Shown: in pieces, positions 46,889 to 57,087 of the stretch | Layout of the letters: each line of letters opens with the position of its first letter | Numbering within the stretch: the first letter of the stretch is position 1 | IMG/VR virus record: IMGVR_UViG_3300047357_000359 | Location: 9,728-73,727 of that record | Reading direction: 5' to 3' (one strand) | Length of the DNA: 64,000 nucleotides | Origin: a virus | Program-made: the position numbers and the translations under genes | Notes under the pieces: model-generated | Database searches by the model: none | Seen by the model: only the letters and a program-made list of their open reading frames with translations | What the model was told of the DNA's origin: nothing

Positions 46889-48853
46889 ATGTTAATAGGA
46901 ATACTAACTTTTTTATCTGCTATATCTATATCAGCAGTAGCAATATATTACTCCATAGCAGGACTAGTGGCTATCTTTGCCGCGGCGGCTATACCTATTA
47001 TGATTATGGGTGGTGTACTTGAAGTTGGTAAACTTGTTACCGCAGTATGGCTACACAGGTATTGGAGTCAAGCAACATGGTGGCTTAAAACTTATTTAAG
47101 TATAGCTGTCGTAGTACTCATGTTTATTACAAGTATGGGTATTTTTGGTTTCTTAAGTAAAGCTCACATCGAACAAACAAGTGCAGGCGAAGAAAGCATT
47201 GCAAAAGTAGAACAAATTGAAAATGAGATTGTAAGACTTAATGCAGTTATTGATAGAGCTGATGATAAAATTGAAGCATTAGAAACTAGTGGTTCAGGTA
47301 GTGACGCTAACATACAATCACAGATTGATAAAGAACAAGATCGTATTGACAAAGCATTTGAACGTATCAAACCTGCTATTGAACAACAGAACAAAATTAT
47401 TGAAGACGCTAGAGAAACTGACTCAGCACGTACTAAACCTTATGAAGAACAACTTGCAACTATTAGTGCAGAAGTCCTTCGTTTAGAAGCTAGTGCAAGA
47501 GAGTACGAAGATAAGATTGCATCACTAGAACAAGATACAAGTGCAGTACAACCATTATTAGATAGTATTGATACTATTGAAGCAGAGATTATTCGTGTTA
47601 CTAATCAACTACAATCAACAGAACAAAGCGAAGTAAGAGCAGGCCAGGCTATCATTGGTGTAAGTAGTGATGGACTATTTGGTGGCAACACTCGTTCAGC
47701 TCTTGCTAAATGGGTCAAAGCTCAACGTGATAGAATTACACAAATACAAAATGATGTATCTCAACTACGTGCTGATGCTAAGAAAACTGTTGACATGGAA
47801 CGTTTCCGTTTAGGCAACGTAATTAAAGATATTAGAGAAAAACAAATACCTGCACTCAAAGAACGTGAACTTGTAATGCTAGGTAAGATTGACGAAGTAC
47901 GTCAAACAGAATCTCCTGTTATACAGACAGCAAGAGATGAAATTAATAGACTACGTCAAAGTGCTGAAGATTCAGTTAAGAACAGTCAAGAACTAATTGA
48001 AAGACTACGTTCTCAATTAGCTGACACAAGTAATGCAGATGATATTGATGCACAAGTTGAAGAACAACTAGCTAAGATTAAAAATGCTGAAACAGAACTA
48101 GATACTATTATTGAAGAAAAATATAAACTACAAGGTGAGTATCGTCAGTTAGAAGCAGAAGTAGGACCTATCAAATACATTGCTGAATTTGTTTATGGCG
48201 AAACAGCCGATAACAATATGCTTGAAGAAGCAGTACGTTGGGTTATTATAATTATTATATTTGTATTTGATCCATTAGCAGTATTAATGCTTATTGCTTC
48301 ACAGTATACATTCCATTGGGTAAACAGTGGTAGTACAGGTGGAGGCGGCCGCCCAAAGTCAGACGAGGACGATCCACAAGACGATCCTGAGTTTGAAGAT
48401 GTTAGCCCAGAAGAACTAGCAGAAGAAGAACGTAGGGAATACGAACAAGCAAGAGCCCAAGCTATTGCTGACAATGTTCCACCAGACTTTGAAAAAGAAG
48501 AAGAACCAACTAAGAGTGAACATAGTGATCAATTATTATTGTTCCCAGACATTGACCCAGAACCTGTAGTACCTACAAAAATTGAAACTCCTGAAGTAGT
48601 TGCTGACCCAAATCAATTAGAGCTTGACTTTAATAAAAAACCTAGTCAAGAAGAACTTAATAACGAGATGATTGAAACGGACGATCTAGATAAATGGAAT
48701 GACTGGGTAGAGGCCGCTAACAAAGAAGCTGAATTAGAAGTTACCCAACTAGGTGAAGGCGAACAAGGTACTAGACAAAAGCTACCTCAAAAAAAAACTT
48801 CGTACATAACCAAAGTAGAGAACAAACAAGTCAGACTCAAGACTCAAGAATAA
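46889..48853 (+). CDS. membrane coiled-coil protein with peptidoglycan-binding-like motif
   Basis: 3 N-terminal TMs, long coiled coil, GVSSDGLFGGNTRSAL, TM with FVFDPLA, acidic tail. Confidence 0.75.
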   Translation: MLIGILTFLSAISISAVAIYYSIAGLVAIFAAAAIPIMIMGGVLEVGKLVTAVWLHRYWSQATWWLKTYLSIAVVVLMFITSMGIFGFLSKAHIEQTSAGEESIAKVEQIENEIVRLNAVIDRADDKIEALETSGSGSDANIQSQIDKEQDRIDKAFERIKPAIEQQNKIIEDARETDSARTKPYEEQLATISAEVLRLEASAREYEDKIASLEQDTSAVQPLLDSIDTIEAEIIRVTNQLQSTEQSEVRAGQAIIGVSSDGLFGGNTRSALAKWVKAQRDRITQIQNDVSQLRADAKKTVDMERFRLGNVIKDIREKQIPALKERELVMLGKIDEVRQTESPVIQTARDEINRLRQSAEDSVKNSQELIERLRSQLADTSNADDIDAQVEEQLAKIKNAETELDTIIEEKYKLQGEYRQLEAEVGPIKYIAEFVYGETADNNMLEEAVRWVIIIIIFVFDPLAVLMLIASQYTFHWVNSGSTGGGGRPKSDEDDPQDDPEFEDVSPEELAEEERREYEQARAQAIADNVPPDFEKEEEPTKSEHSDQLLLFPDIDPEPVVPTKIETPEVVADPNQLELDFNKKPSQEELNNEMIETDDLDKWNDWVEAANKEAELEVTQLGEGEQGTRQKLPQKKTSYITKVENKQVRLKTQE

Positions 48854-48955
48854 GACCTGACTTTACTGAAGTAATAGAACCAAACTATAAACAAAATTCA
48901 GAACAGAGCCAGAATAGTGTTTGGCAAACAATCCACAAGAATAAGTAATATTACT

Positions 48956-49387
48956 ATGTCTAAGCCAACAGTAAATCTAATTACCTCACCTGACAAGTTA
49001 TTAAACGATAACCTTAGTTTCTTATTGCTTAATCCGTCTGTTACAGTTAAAGAACAATTTAACGATATGTTAAAAGAACTTTCAGACGCACCTATCAATT
49101 TGTATCTTTCGGAAGACGAGAATGACATTGCTTGGGTACTAGACGTTGCTCAAAGTGTTAACTATATTATTATTGATATTGATAACACTAAAGAGTCGCA
49201 ATGGATAATTGGTCATTTGTTAAGTTTTGATAAAACATATTACTTGACAAACCAGGCAGAGATGCAGTATAATATACTTAATATCAATAGAGTTTATGAT
49301 ATTAGACAGATAGCAGAAGGAGAAAACTATTTTGTCAAAGTACAGCAACGACAGGCCAAAGACGGGTCTAAAAGTAGAAGTGCGTAA
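48956..49387 (+). CDS. hypothetical protein
   Basis: VNLITSPD. Confidence 0.65.
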   Translation: MSKPTVNLITSPDKLLNDNLSFLLLNPSVTVKEQFNDMLKELSDAPINLYLSEDENDIAWVLDVAQSVNYIIIDIDNTKESQWIIGHLLSFDKTYYLTNQAEMQYNILNINRVYDIRQIAEGENYFVKVQQRQAKDGSKSRSA

Positions 49388-49571
49388 TGGTGACTTTGCA
49401 GGGGCTTTAAGAAAGTTCAAAAAGAAAGTTGCATTAGAAGGTGTGTTGATCGAATACAAAGAAAAACAACACTATGAGAAGCCAAGTTTAAAGCGAAAGA
49501 AAGCCAAGGCGGCTGGACGAGCTAGACACTTGAAAGCGATGAGAGAACGTAATAAAGAACTAGGATTTTAA
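49332..49571 (+). CDS. rpsU: ribosomal protein bS21 (copy 1)
   Basis: VEVRNG...ALRKFKKKV..G...YEKPS.KRK. Confidence 0.85.
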   Translation: MSKYSNDRPKTGLKVEVRNGDFAGALRKFKKKVALEGVLIEYKEKQHYEKPSLKRKKAKAAGRARHLKAMRERNKELGF

Positions 49572-49572
49572 T

Positions 49573-50175
49573 ATGAGTTTAAAAGCTGACCTTTGGTTTC
49601 CATCGATTGTATTTGCAGGTTATGTAGAATCAATTGATAGAGATTCATTAAAACAAATTGCTCTTGCATGGCAGGCAAAAGAACCTAACCTTGGTGGCAA
49701 CAGTAATATGAATGGTTGGCATAGTCGCAGTATTGAGAACATTAATTTAGTTGATCCTAACTATGTGTTTGCTCTTAATACGTTTGTAAAAGAACTAGAT
49801 GCACAAGTAGACTACTGTCGCAAAACTATGGGACTACCTGAATTAGAATTCCAAAACTTCTGGATTAACATTAATGGTCCGGGAGCATATCATACATTAC
49901 ACAACCACCAAGATGCTATGTTGAGTGGTGTATTTTATATAGACGTTCCTGCAGAGAATATGGGTGACTTACAATTTTTTAGAGGCGATGATGCACAGTA
50001 TTATATTCCAGATAACTTTGATTCATATAATACAATAACAAGTACAATGGCAACGTATCCTCCAAAAGACGGAATGATAGTAATCTTTCCTAGCTGGGTC
50101 AAACATCAAGTTAAATCAAACCAAAGTGATTTGCAACGGATTGCAGTCTCTTTTAATTACGGAGTTAAAAAGTGA
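49573..50175 (+). CDS. 2OG-Fe(II) oxygenase (TIGR02466-like)
   Basis: WININ, HNH, SGVFY, FPSWVKH.V, RIAVSFN. Confidence 0.85.
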   Translation: MSLKADLWFPSIVFAGYVESIDRDSLKQIALAWQAKEPNLGGNSNMNGWHSRSIENINLVDPNYVFALNTFVKELDAQVDYCRKTMGLPELEFQNFWININGPGAYHTLHNHQDAMLSGVFYIDVPAENMGDLQFFRGDDAQYYIPDNFDSYNTITSTMATYPPKDGMIVIFPSWVKHQVKSNQSDLQRIAVSFNYGVKK

Positions 50176-51287
50176 GAATTGAACAAGACATTAAGTTAGA
50201 CTATAAAGACGTACTGTTTAAACCTAAGAGATCAAAATTAGAAAGCAGACGTGATGTGGATCTAACTCGTACATTTAGATTTCATCACGGTAATGAATGG
50301 ACTGGTGTACCTATCATGTCAAGTAACATGGACGGTGTTGGTACATTTGAAATGGCCAAAGTATTACAAGAACACAAAATGCTTACTATTATGAGAAAGC
50401 ATTACTCCGTTGATGACTGGAAAGAACAGAGTCAAGGTGTTAAGATGAAGTACCTAAGTGTTTGCACAGGTACAGGAGTTATTTGGGATAAAGATGCAAA
50501 AGACTATGCTACTATGAAAGCAGTCTTAGAAATGTATCCAGACATTAAATTTATTACAGTTGATGTTGCAAATGCTTATCATGAAAACTATGCAGACTTT
50601 ATTGCACGTTTACGTGATGCATATCCAGACAAAACTATTATTGCTGGTAATGTTATTTCAGCAGAGATGACAGAAGAACTTATTATTAAAGGTGCTGACA
50701 TTGTTAAGTGTGGTATTGGTCCAGGATCAGTATGTACTACACGACTAATGACAGGTGTTGGTGTGCCACAACTATCAGGCATTATTGAATGTGCTGATGC
50801 GGCCAACGGTATTGGTGGACACATTATTGCTGATGGCGGTTGTGTGTATCCAGGAGATGTAAGTAAAGCCTTTGGAGCAGGTGCTCACTTTGTTATGCTT
50901 GGCGGTATGTTAGCAGGACACAAAGAAGGTGGCGGTAACATTATTACAAAACATACTGCAACAGGTGGTGCTCACAAGTTAGACAACGGAACTTATGTTC
51001 CACGTTTTGAAGAACAAAACTTTGTTGAGTTCTACGGTATGAGTTCAGATGCGGCAATGGCAACACATGGTACACGTAAAGATGGATACAGAGGTGCTGA
51101 AGGCAAACTTGTTTCTATTCCTTACAAAGGAGAAGTAGAAGGTACACTAACAGAGATACTTGGTGGACTAAGATCTACTTGTACTTACATTGGTGCTAAA
51201 CGTATTAAGGACATGCCAAAGTGTACTACATTCGTAAGATGTACACAACAGGTAAATCAAGTGTTCAATCAGTTTAATGCAAGTTAA
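50172..51287 (+). CDS. guaC: GMP reductase
   Basis: KLDYKDVL.KPKRS.L.SR, NMDGVGTF, GIGPGSVCTTR, FYGMSS. Confidence 0.95.
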   Translation: MRIEQDIKLDYKDVLFKPKRSKLESRRDVDLTRTFRFHHGNEWTGVPIMSSNMDGVGTFEMAKVLQEHKMLTIMRKHYSVDDWKEQSQGVKMKYLSVCTGTGVIWDKDAKDYATMKAVLEMYPDIKFITVDVANAYHENYADFIARLRDAYPDKTIIAGNVISAEMTEELIIKGADIVKCGIGPGSVCTTRLMTGVGVPQLSGIIECADAANGIGGHIIADGGCVYPGDVSKAFGAGAHFVMLGGMLAGHKEGGGNIITKHTATGGAHKLDNGTYVPRFEEQNFVEFYGMSSDAAMATHGTRKDGYRGAEGKLVSIPYKGEVEGTLTEILGGLRSTCTYIGAKRIKDMPKCTTFVRCTQQVNQVFNQFNAS

Positions 51288-51834
51288 ACATTTCAAAGAA
51301 CCCTTTTATCATACGATTATATACGATTACTTTTCACCAAGTGAACTATCAGAAGTATGGCAAGAAATAGATGAGTTGCAACAGTATTGCAAGGACACTA
51401 GAGATGAAGGTGATCCTAGAGCAATGAATATGACTAGTGTGCATGTGGATAGACACTTTGCTGATAATCGTGGCAAAAGTAAAATCCTTAAACACAATAG
51501 AAAAATATTCAATTTAGAAGAAGAATTAAAAGAAAACATATTTTCACAGTTTATTTGGCAAAGTAATTTTGATGTTACTCAGCTGAATATGTACGAAAAT
51601 GGACTATACCATGGGCATAGAGATAGTGCAGTTATGTCAGCAGTTAGCTTGTTTTATAGGGAACCAAAGCCCTATAAAGGCGGAGAACTAGTGTTTACGG
51701 AGCATCGTTACACACCTGATATAGTAAACAATAGCATTATGATATTCCCTAGTTTTGAGCTACATGCTGTCAATCCTGTACAAGGACCAGGCAGATTTAG
51801 CCTAAATCAGTTCTTTTTTGTCAATATCTCGTAA
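51277..51834 (+). CDS. 2OG-Fe(II) prolyl-hydroxylase-like oxygenase
   Basis: H.D, GGEL.F, FPS..LHAV.PV, RF. Confidence 0.8.
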   Translation: MQVKHFKEPFYHTIIYDYFSPSELSEVWQEIDELQQYCKDTRDEGDPRAMNMTSVHVDRHFADNRGKSKILKHNRKIFNLEEELKENIFSQFIWQSNFDVTQLNMYENGLYHGHRDSAVMSAVSLFYREPKPYKGGELVFTEHRYTPDIVNNSIMIFPSFELHAVNPVQGPGRFSLNQFFFVNIS

Positions 51835-51911
51835 ATCCGAGATAAATAAATGTGTACAAAGAGAAGAGCTCAATGTACATGATGTGTCCAAAAGGAACAT
51901 CGTAATATAAA

Positions 51912-51931
51912 TCTTGCTTATTATAAGGAGA
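51912..51931 (+). promoter_or_regulatory. ROSE-type RNA thermometer
   Basis: TCTTGCTT pairs with AAGGAGA (SD) with a bulged G, directly upstream of the small HSP gene. Confidence 0.7.
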
Positions 51932-51937
51932 AACAAA

Positions 51938-52396
51938 ATGACAAGACAAAGACTAACAACTCTAGACCTACCACACTTCCACAGAGCAACAATTGGCTTC
52001 GACCAAATGTTTACCGAACTTGAAAGACAGTTTGCTAATAGCCCTAACGGAAATGGTTATCCCCCATACAACATTGCACAAATCAACGAAGATGAGTATA
52101 TGATCTCATTAGCAGTTGCAGGATTTGGCATGGACAACTTAGAAATCGAAAAAGATGGAAAGATGTTACGTATTGAAGGGACTGCTCCTAAAGGAGATGA
52201 CGAAGTTAATTACCTACACAAGGGTATTGGCGGACGCAACTTCCGTAGAGAGTTCACACTTGCTGACCACGTTGAAGTAGAAAGTGCAGGCCTTGAACTA
52301 GGTATGCTTAATGTACACTTAAAACGTAATGTACCAGAAGAACTACAACCAAAGAAGATTAAGATTGTAGATAATTCAGTTATCGACAGTAAGTAA
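51938..52396 (+). CDS. small heat-shock protein Hsp20 (IbpA-like)
   Basis: IGFD, YPPYNI, LAVAGF, YLHKGI..R.F.R.F.LAD. Confidence 0.92.
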   Translation: MTRQRLTTLDLPHFHRATIGFDQMFTELERQFANSPNGNGYPPYNIAQINEDEYMISLAVAGFGMDNLEIEKDGKMLRIEGTAPKGDDEVNYLHKGIGGRNFRREFTLADHVEVESAGLELGMLNVHLKRNVPEELQPKKIKIVDNSVIDSK

Positions 52397-52448
52397 TCAA
52401 GTCTAGGGGGAGGGCAACTTCCCCCTAATTACTACCAACGGAGCAAAC

Positions 52449-52760
52449 ATGATGATAAGTAATAGTATGGACGTAGAAATAGACGAAAAGATCAAGATTA
52501 AGGTTACTGAACCAAATATGTATAAAGTAATCTTCCTCAATGATAACGCAACCCCAATGGATTTCGTGATTGAGATACTTACTGGAATTTTTAGGCATTC
52601 GCCAGATACTGCTAGAGATATAACTATGGAGATACACGAGCAAGGCTCGTCTGTAGTTGGTATTTACAACTTTGAAATAGCAGAACAGAAAGCCGTAGAA
52701 GCAACCACTTTGAGTAGAAGTCATGGATTTCCATTACAAATCAAAGTGGAGCAAGAATGA
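52449..52760 (+). CDS. clpS: Clp protease adaptor ClpS
   Basis: YKVIFLNDN.TPMDFV, IH..G..VVG.Y..EIAE.K, FPL. Confidence 0.92.
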   Translation: MMISNSMDVEIDEKIKIKVTEPNMYKVIFLNDNATPMDFVIEILTGIFRHSPDTARDITMEIHEQGSSVVGIYNFEIAEQKAVEATTLSRSHGFPLQIKVEQE

Positions 52761-53305
52761 GCTTAAAAGACCTTACTTGGGAACATCATAAGAACGCAGA
52801 AAGACAAGAATTTGTAAAAGTCTTAATGGGCGGAGATATTAGCCCTGAGACTTATGCTACATTTTTATTCAATCAACACCCGTGTTATAACCTATTAGAA
52901 GTAATTGCTATGACACATGGATTGTTCGACGACATTCCTGAAGTGCGTAGAGCACCTCGTATCTTTGCAGACTATGAAGAACTATGGGAAGATAAAGATA
53001 ATACGCCAACGTTATTAAACGTAACAAAAGAATACACCGATCACATTATGTCTATTAAAGACGATAAAGAAAAAATTATGGCTCACTTGTATGTTAGGCA
53101 TATGGGCGACCTAAGTGGTGGTCAAATGATTAAGAAGAAAGTTCCTGGTAAAGGAACTATGTACGAGTTCGATGGAGAAGTCAACGACCTTAAAACAAAG
53201 ATTAGAGCAAAGATACACGACGAGTTGGCTGACGAAGCTAAAATATGTTTTGACTTTGCAACTAAGGCATTTAAGGAAATGATGGAACACGAACGCAATG
53301 ACTAA
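52757..53305 (+). CDS. heme oxygenase (HemO/Ho1 type)
   Basis: LK..T..HH..AE, AHLYVRHMGDLSGGQ, EA..CF. Confidence 0.9.
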   Translation: MSLKDLTWEHHKNAERQEFVKVLMGGDISPETYATFLFNQHPCYNLLEVIAMTHGLFDDIPEVRRAPRIFADYEELWEDKDNTPTLLNVTKEYTDHIMSIKDDKEKIMAHLYVRHMGDLSGGQMIKKKVPGKGTMYEFDGEVNDLKTKIRAKIHDELADEAKICFDFATKAFKEMMEHERND

Positions 53306-54791
53306 CGTATCAAGTATTTGTATTGTTGGAGGTGGCACAGCAGGTTGGATGACAGCCGCTTATGCTTTATATAACTTACCCAACGTAAACGTTACCCTTG
53401 TAGAAAGTCCTAACATTCCAACAGTAGGAGTAGGTGAAGCAACTATACTAGGCTTTGACCATTACTTAAAAGACTGTGGCATTCCAATGGAGTTATGGAC
53501 CAAGGCATCAGACGCAACTATTAAATGCGGAACATACTTTCCTAATTGGAAAGGCGACAATACAAATATTTGGCAACCGTTTTATTTTCCAGTAGGTACT
53601 AGTGACGAAGGACACATGGGCGACATTGTAAACTTAGCTCTTGATGCTGGTGCTACACAAACTGATATGGAAACGTACATGTCATGGTACAACACTTGTA
53701 TTACAAACAACGTTGTTCCAGAGAACACAAGTGTTAAAGGCGGCAACGCTCATGTAGGATATCATTTAGATGCTATCAAACTTGCAAACTTCTTATCAGA
53801 ATATCTAAACAAAAAGTATACTAAACTAACACACATTAAAAAACATATTAGTAAGCCTGTAATTAATAAATGTCAAGTTGAAAAAGTTATATTAGAAGAT
53901 GGACAAGAACTTGTTGCTGACTTCTTTGTTGACTGTACAGGATTTAAGAAACTATTATCAAACGCAATACCAGGTGCAGACTGGGTTGACAGAAGTCATA
54001 TGCTGTTTACTAATGCCGCGGTTGCAAGTCAAATTGATTACGAAACAGATGACGAACCACAAGTACCTTATGTTACTGCACAAGCAACTGACCTAGGTTG
54101 GATATGGAAAACTCCTGTTAGAGATAGAATAGGTAGTGGGCTATGTTACAACAGTGACCTAACAACTAAACAAGAAGCAGAAGATCACTTTGTACAACAT
54201 TGGGGAGAACATAGACTACGTACAGGTAAGTTTAACCACATACCGTTTGAGCCTAAGTATAATAGAAAGAATTGGAGAGGTAATTGTTTTAGTGTAGGAC
54301 TTGCTAGTGGATTTATTGAGCCATTAGAAAGTACAGGACTTGCATTACTAATCATTGGTGCTACTGGACTTAGATGTTTACAAAAAGGACATTTTACACA
54401 AGAAGATGTAGATGGTTATAATAACGACATTGAAACAGTATACGAAGATAGCATGAACTTTGTAGCATTGCACTACTTTAATAATCCAAGACAAGGTAAG
54501 TTTTGGAAACACGTTTACGAAAACTTTAAAGAAACACCTAAGCTAGAAGAATTGGCAACAGGGTATGCAAGAACGTATACCCCAACACTAGACGAATCGC
54601 AGTTCTTTCCACGTAACACGGAAATATTTGCAGAAACTAACTGGAAGTTATGGCTACATGCTACAGGCATTAATCCAGCAACACCAAAAATTAAAAAACA
54701 AAACGCAATTGACATAATTAAAAGTATGCACGAAGTTGAATTAAGGGAATCAATGCCAGGTATATCTAACAGAGAGTGGAGTAATAGATGA
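53298..54791 (+). CDS. flavin-dependent tryptophan halogenase family protein
   Basis: GGGTAGW, GVGEAT, DCTGF, GWIWKTP, GFIEPLEST. Confidence 0.88.
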   Translation: MTNVSSICIVGGGTAGWMTAAYALYNLPNVNVTLVESPNIPTVGVGEATILGFDHYLKDCGIPMELWTKASDATIKCGTYFPNWKGDNTNIWQPFYFPVGTSDEGHMGDIVNLALDAGATQTDMETYMSWYNTCITNNVVPENTSVKGGNAHVGYHLDAIKLANFLSEYLNKKYTKLTHIKKHISKPVINKCQVEKVILEDGQELVADFFVDCTGFKKLLSNAIPGADWVDRSHMLFTNAAVASQIDYETDDEPQVPYVTAQATDLGWIWKTPVRDRIGSGLCYNSDLTTKQEAEDHFVQHWGEHRLRTGKFNHIPFEPKYNRKNWRGNCFSVGLASGFIEPLESTGLALLIIGATGLRCLQKGHFTQEDVDGYNNDIETVYEDSMNFVALHYFNNPRQGKFWKHVYENFKETPKLEELATGYARTYTPTLDESQFFPRNTEIFAETNWKLWLHATGINPATPKIKKQNAIDIIKSMHEVELRESMPGISNREWSNR

Positions 54792-55483
54792 GCGTAATAT
54801 GGAATAAACTAATTGAAACACAGGATCGTATACTTGGTATTTTTGATGAGTTTGCAGTTGAGAAAGAAGAAAAAACACTAAACAAATTTCACCAACCAGA
54901 GAATGGATGGCTTAATAAAGTATGGGCTAATCCGCATGTACGCAGAGCTCACATTGATGTAGTTGATGTACGTGATAGCAAAGGCTTATGGATGATGCAT
55001 GTATGTTGTTTTCCTACACTAACTAACGATGCTCCTATATACGGCTTTGATGTTATTGCAGGTAAGAACAAGATGACAGGTGCTTTCCATGACTTTAGTG
55101 CAAGTAGTGGTGGAGAAGACCATCCGTTAGTTGATTGGTATCAAGATGCAGTTGCAGACTTTATTCCAAGTAAGAAACGTGAACTACCTGAATGGGCTCG
55201 TAATATTTTTAGTCCAAGTATGATTGCCGCTGGTAATGTAAACACAGTAGAAGAAGCTACTGCAATATGCGACCTAGCAGTAGATAACTTAAGAACATGG
55301 TTTGAAAGTGTTCCTCAGTATACAGGCAATGCTAATATTGAACTTACCGCTGGAGCACAGAACTATTACTGTCATAACCAGCAACAAAACCCACATACGC
55401 CACGTACAATGAAGTCTTTAGGATTACCTGAAGCTGATGTTGATGAGTTTTGTGCAGATGCTCTGTTTCCTAAAATAGTATAA
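54788..55483 (+). CDS. ferredoxin-dependent bilin reductase (PcyX/PcyA-type)
   Basis: RRAHID, MMHVC.FP, PIYGFD, AFHDFS, RELPEWA.IFS, QQQNPHT. Confidence 0.88.
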   Translation: MSVIWNKLIETQDRILGIFDEFAVEKEEKTLNKFHQPENGWLNKVWANPHVRRAHIDVVDVRDSKGLWMMHVCCFPTLTNDAPIYGFDVIAGKNKMTGAFHDFSASSGGEDHPLVDWYQDAVADFIPSKKRELPEWARNIFSPSMIAAGNVNTVEEATAICDLAVDNLRTWFESVPQYTGNANIELTAGAQNYYCHNQQQNPHTPRTMKSLGLPEADVDEFCADALFPKIV

Positions 55484-55494
55484 ATACTAGTGTT

Positions 55495-57087
55495 ATGAGA
55501 TTCTTCGAGTTTAAAAAATACAATAAGCCAGTCATTGAAAGCACTAGAGGCATCAAAGGTGCAGTAGACGATGTTAACGACAAAGGAATGGAAAGTCCTT
55601 TTAGTACTAAAGAAGGTGGTAAGTTTATCCCTTCTAATAGTTGGTTCTTTCCTTTAGAGGCTAGTCAAGCACAATACGTTCCAGTAGAAGCACAACAATC
55701 AACTGATCCAGCTGATGCACAAAACGGTTCAGCAGTAGGACCAAAGAGCGAAACACCAGCAGAACAATTCCAAAACGATTTAGCAACAGCCGGTGTAGCA
55801 ACAGCAGACTTAAAAGAAGTAAACAAACAACCATTAGGTCCATTTGCGGCTATTGTTGTTGAAATTACTACAGACTCAGGAACACTCCATTTTGTAAGAT
55901 ACTATAAACAAAAAACTAGTAATTACATCAAATGGGAACAAACAGATTTTATGAGAAACATTGCTCCATTAGGTTTTGACATTGTTAAAACTAAAGCAAA
56001 GAACTCAAACAAAGCACACCCTAACATTAGAATGTTTCCAAACAGACTAGGTGTTACTAATGGACCAATGCAAGTTGACGCAGTTGCTAACGCAATTAGA
56101 ACATCAACATTGTATCCAGATGATGTGCCGGCAGAAGAAAGAAAAATTGTTGCAGACATAATTGATAACTTAGATGAAGTAATGCCTGCTACTAAAGACT
56201 ATAAAGGAAACTACGAAGTACAGATTGGTGAGATAGCAGGGCCTATTGCGTTATCACAAGGGTCTAGCATCGTAACAGGTAGTGTAAAAGAAGCTGAAGA
56301 AAATCTTTTACAGGTACTAGAGCCAGGGTTGACATGGGGTGCAATGAAAACAGTTGATTACCCTGCAGACGAAACACAGAAACTTATTGATAGCTTTTTA
56401 ATATCACCTAAAGGAACTAGAGTTGGTATTAGTGCTAAAGACGGTAAGGGTGGTGCAAAAGCAAGTGCAATTAGTATTGCAGAAACTATTGACAACAAAC
56501 CAGATCAGCTTAAAAAGGCTAATCCTAAATTCTTTGAAGAGTTTGCAGAATACCTTTCTTGGATGAACATCATTAAAGAGAAAGATAAGAAACATCAAAT
56601 TTATAAACTTGCGGCATCAGTTGGAATTTTAAATGAAACTGAATTAGAAGCAGTTAAAGGTTTAGTTAACGATCCTAATACATGGAATGACGAAGGTGCT
56701 ATTAGTAAAGCACTACCAAGACACTACAATTCATATATGAATTCAGACACATATCGTCCTAAGGATTCATCTATTAACAATGCCAAGTACAAGAAGCTAT
56801 GGCATTGGACAACAGTTCTTGCAAAAGCAACACAGAATGCAATGAACAAAAACCCAGAAATGTTAAACAGGTTCTTTAAAACAGTACTTGAAAGTTCTAA
56901 CATGATTCAAATTAAAAGTTCATTCCAAATGCAAGGTGATGATAAAGGTAAGTTTACTAAAATGGCTGTCATTTATCCACCAGTGTTTGAAGGACAAATT
57001 AGATTTGATTCGGGCAAAGAGTTTTATGCTACTATGGCATTACCAGGTTCAATGAGTTTTGGATTTGGTAGAATGATTAAAACTTAA
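55495..57087 (+). CDS. large late protein with possible PD-(D/E)XK-like nuclease motif
   Basis: TATAAATA promoter; MRFFEF N-terminus; E..GPIAL...LIDS....GISAK. Confidence 0.55.
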   Translation: MRFFEFKKYNKPVIESTRGIKGAVDDVNDKGMESPFSTKEGGKFIPSNSWFFPLEASQAQYVPVEAQQSTDPADAQNGSAVGPKSETPAEQFQNDLATAGVATADLKEVNKQPLGPFAAIVVEITTDSGTLHFVRYYKQKTSNYIKWEQTDFMRNIAPLGFDIVKTKAKNSNKAHPNIRMFPNRLGVTNGPMQVDAVANAIRTSTLYPDDVPAEERKIVADIIDNLDEVMPATKDYKGNYEVQIGEIAGPIALSQGSSIVTGSVKEAEENLLQVLEPGLTWGAMKTVDYPADETQKLIDSFLISPKGTRVGISAKDGKGGAKASAISIAETIDNKPDQLKKANPKFFEEFAEYLSWMNIIKEKDKKHQIYKLAASVGILNETELEAVKGLVNDPNTWNDEGAISKALPRHYNSYMNSDTYRPKDSSINNAKYKKLWHWTTVLAKATQNAMNKNPEMLNRFFKTVLESSNMIQIKSSFQMQGDDKGKFTKMAVIYPPVFEGQIRFDSGKEFYATMALPGSMSFGFGRMIKT

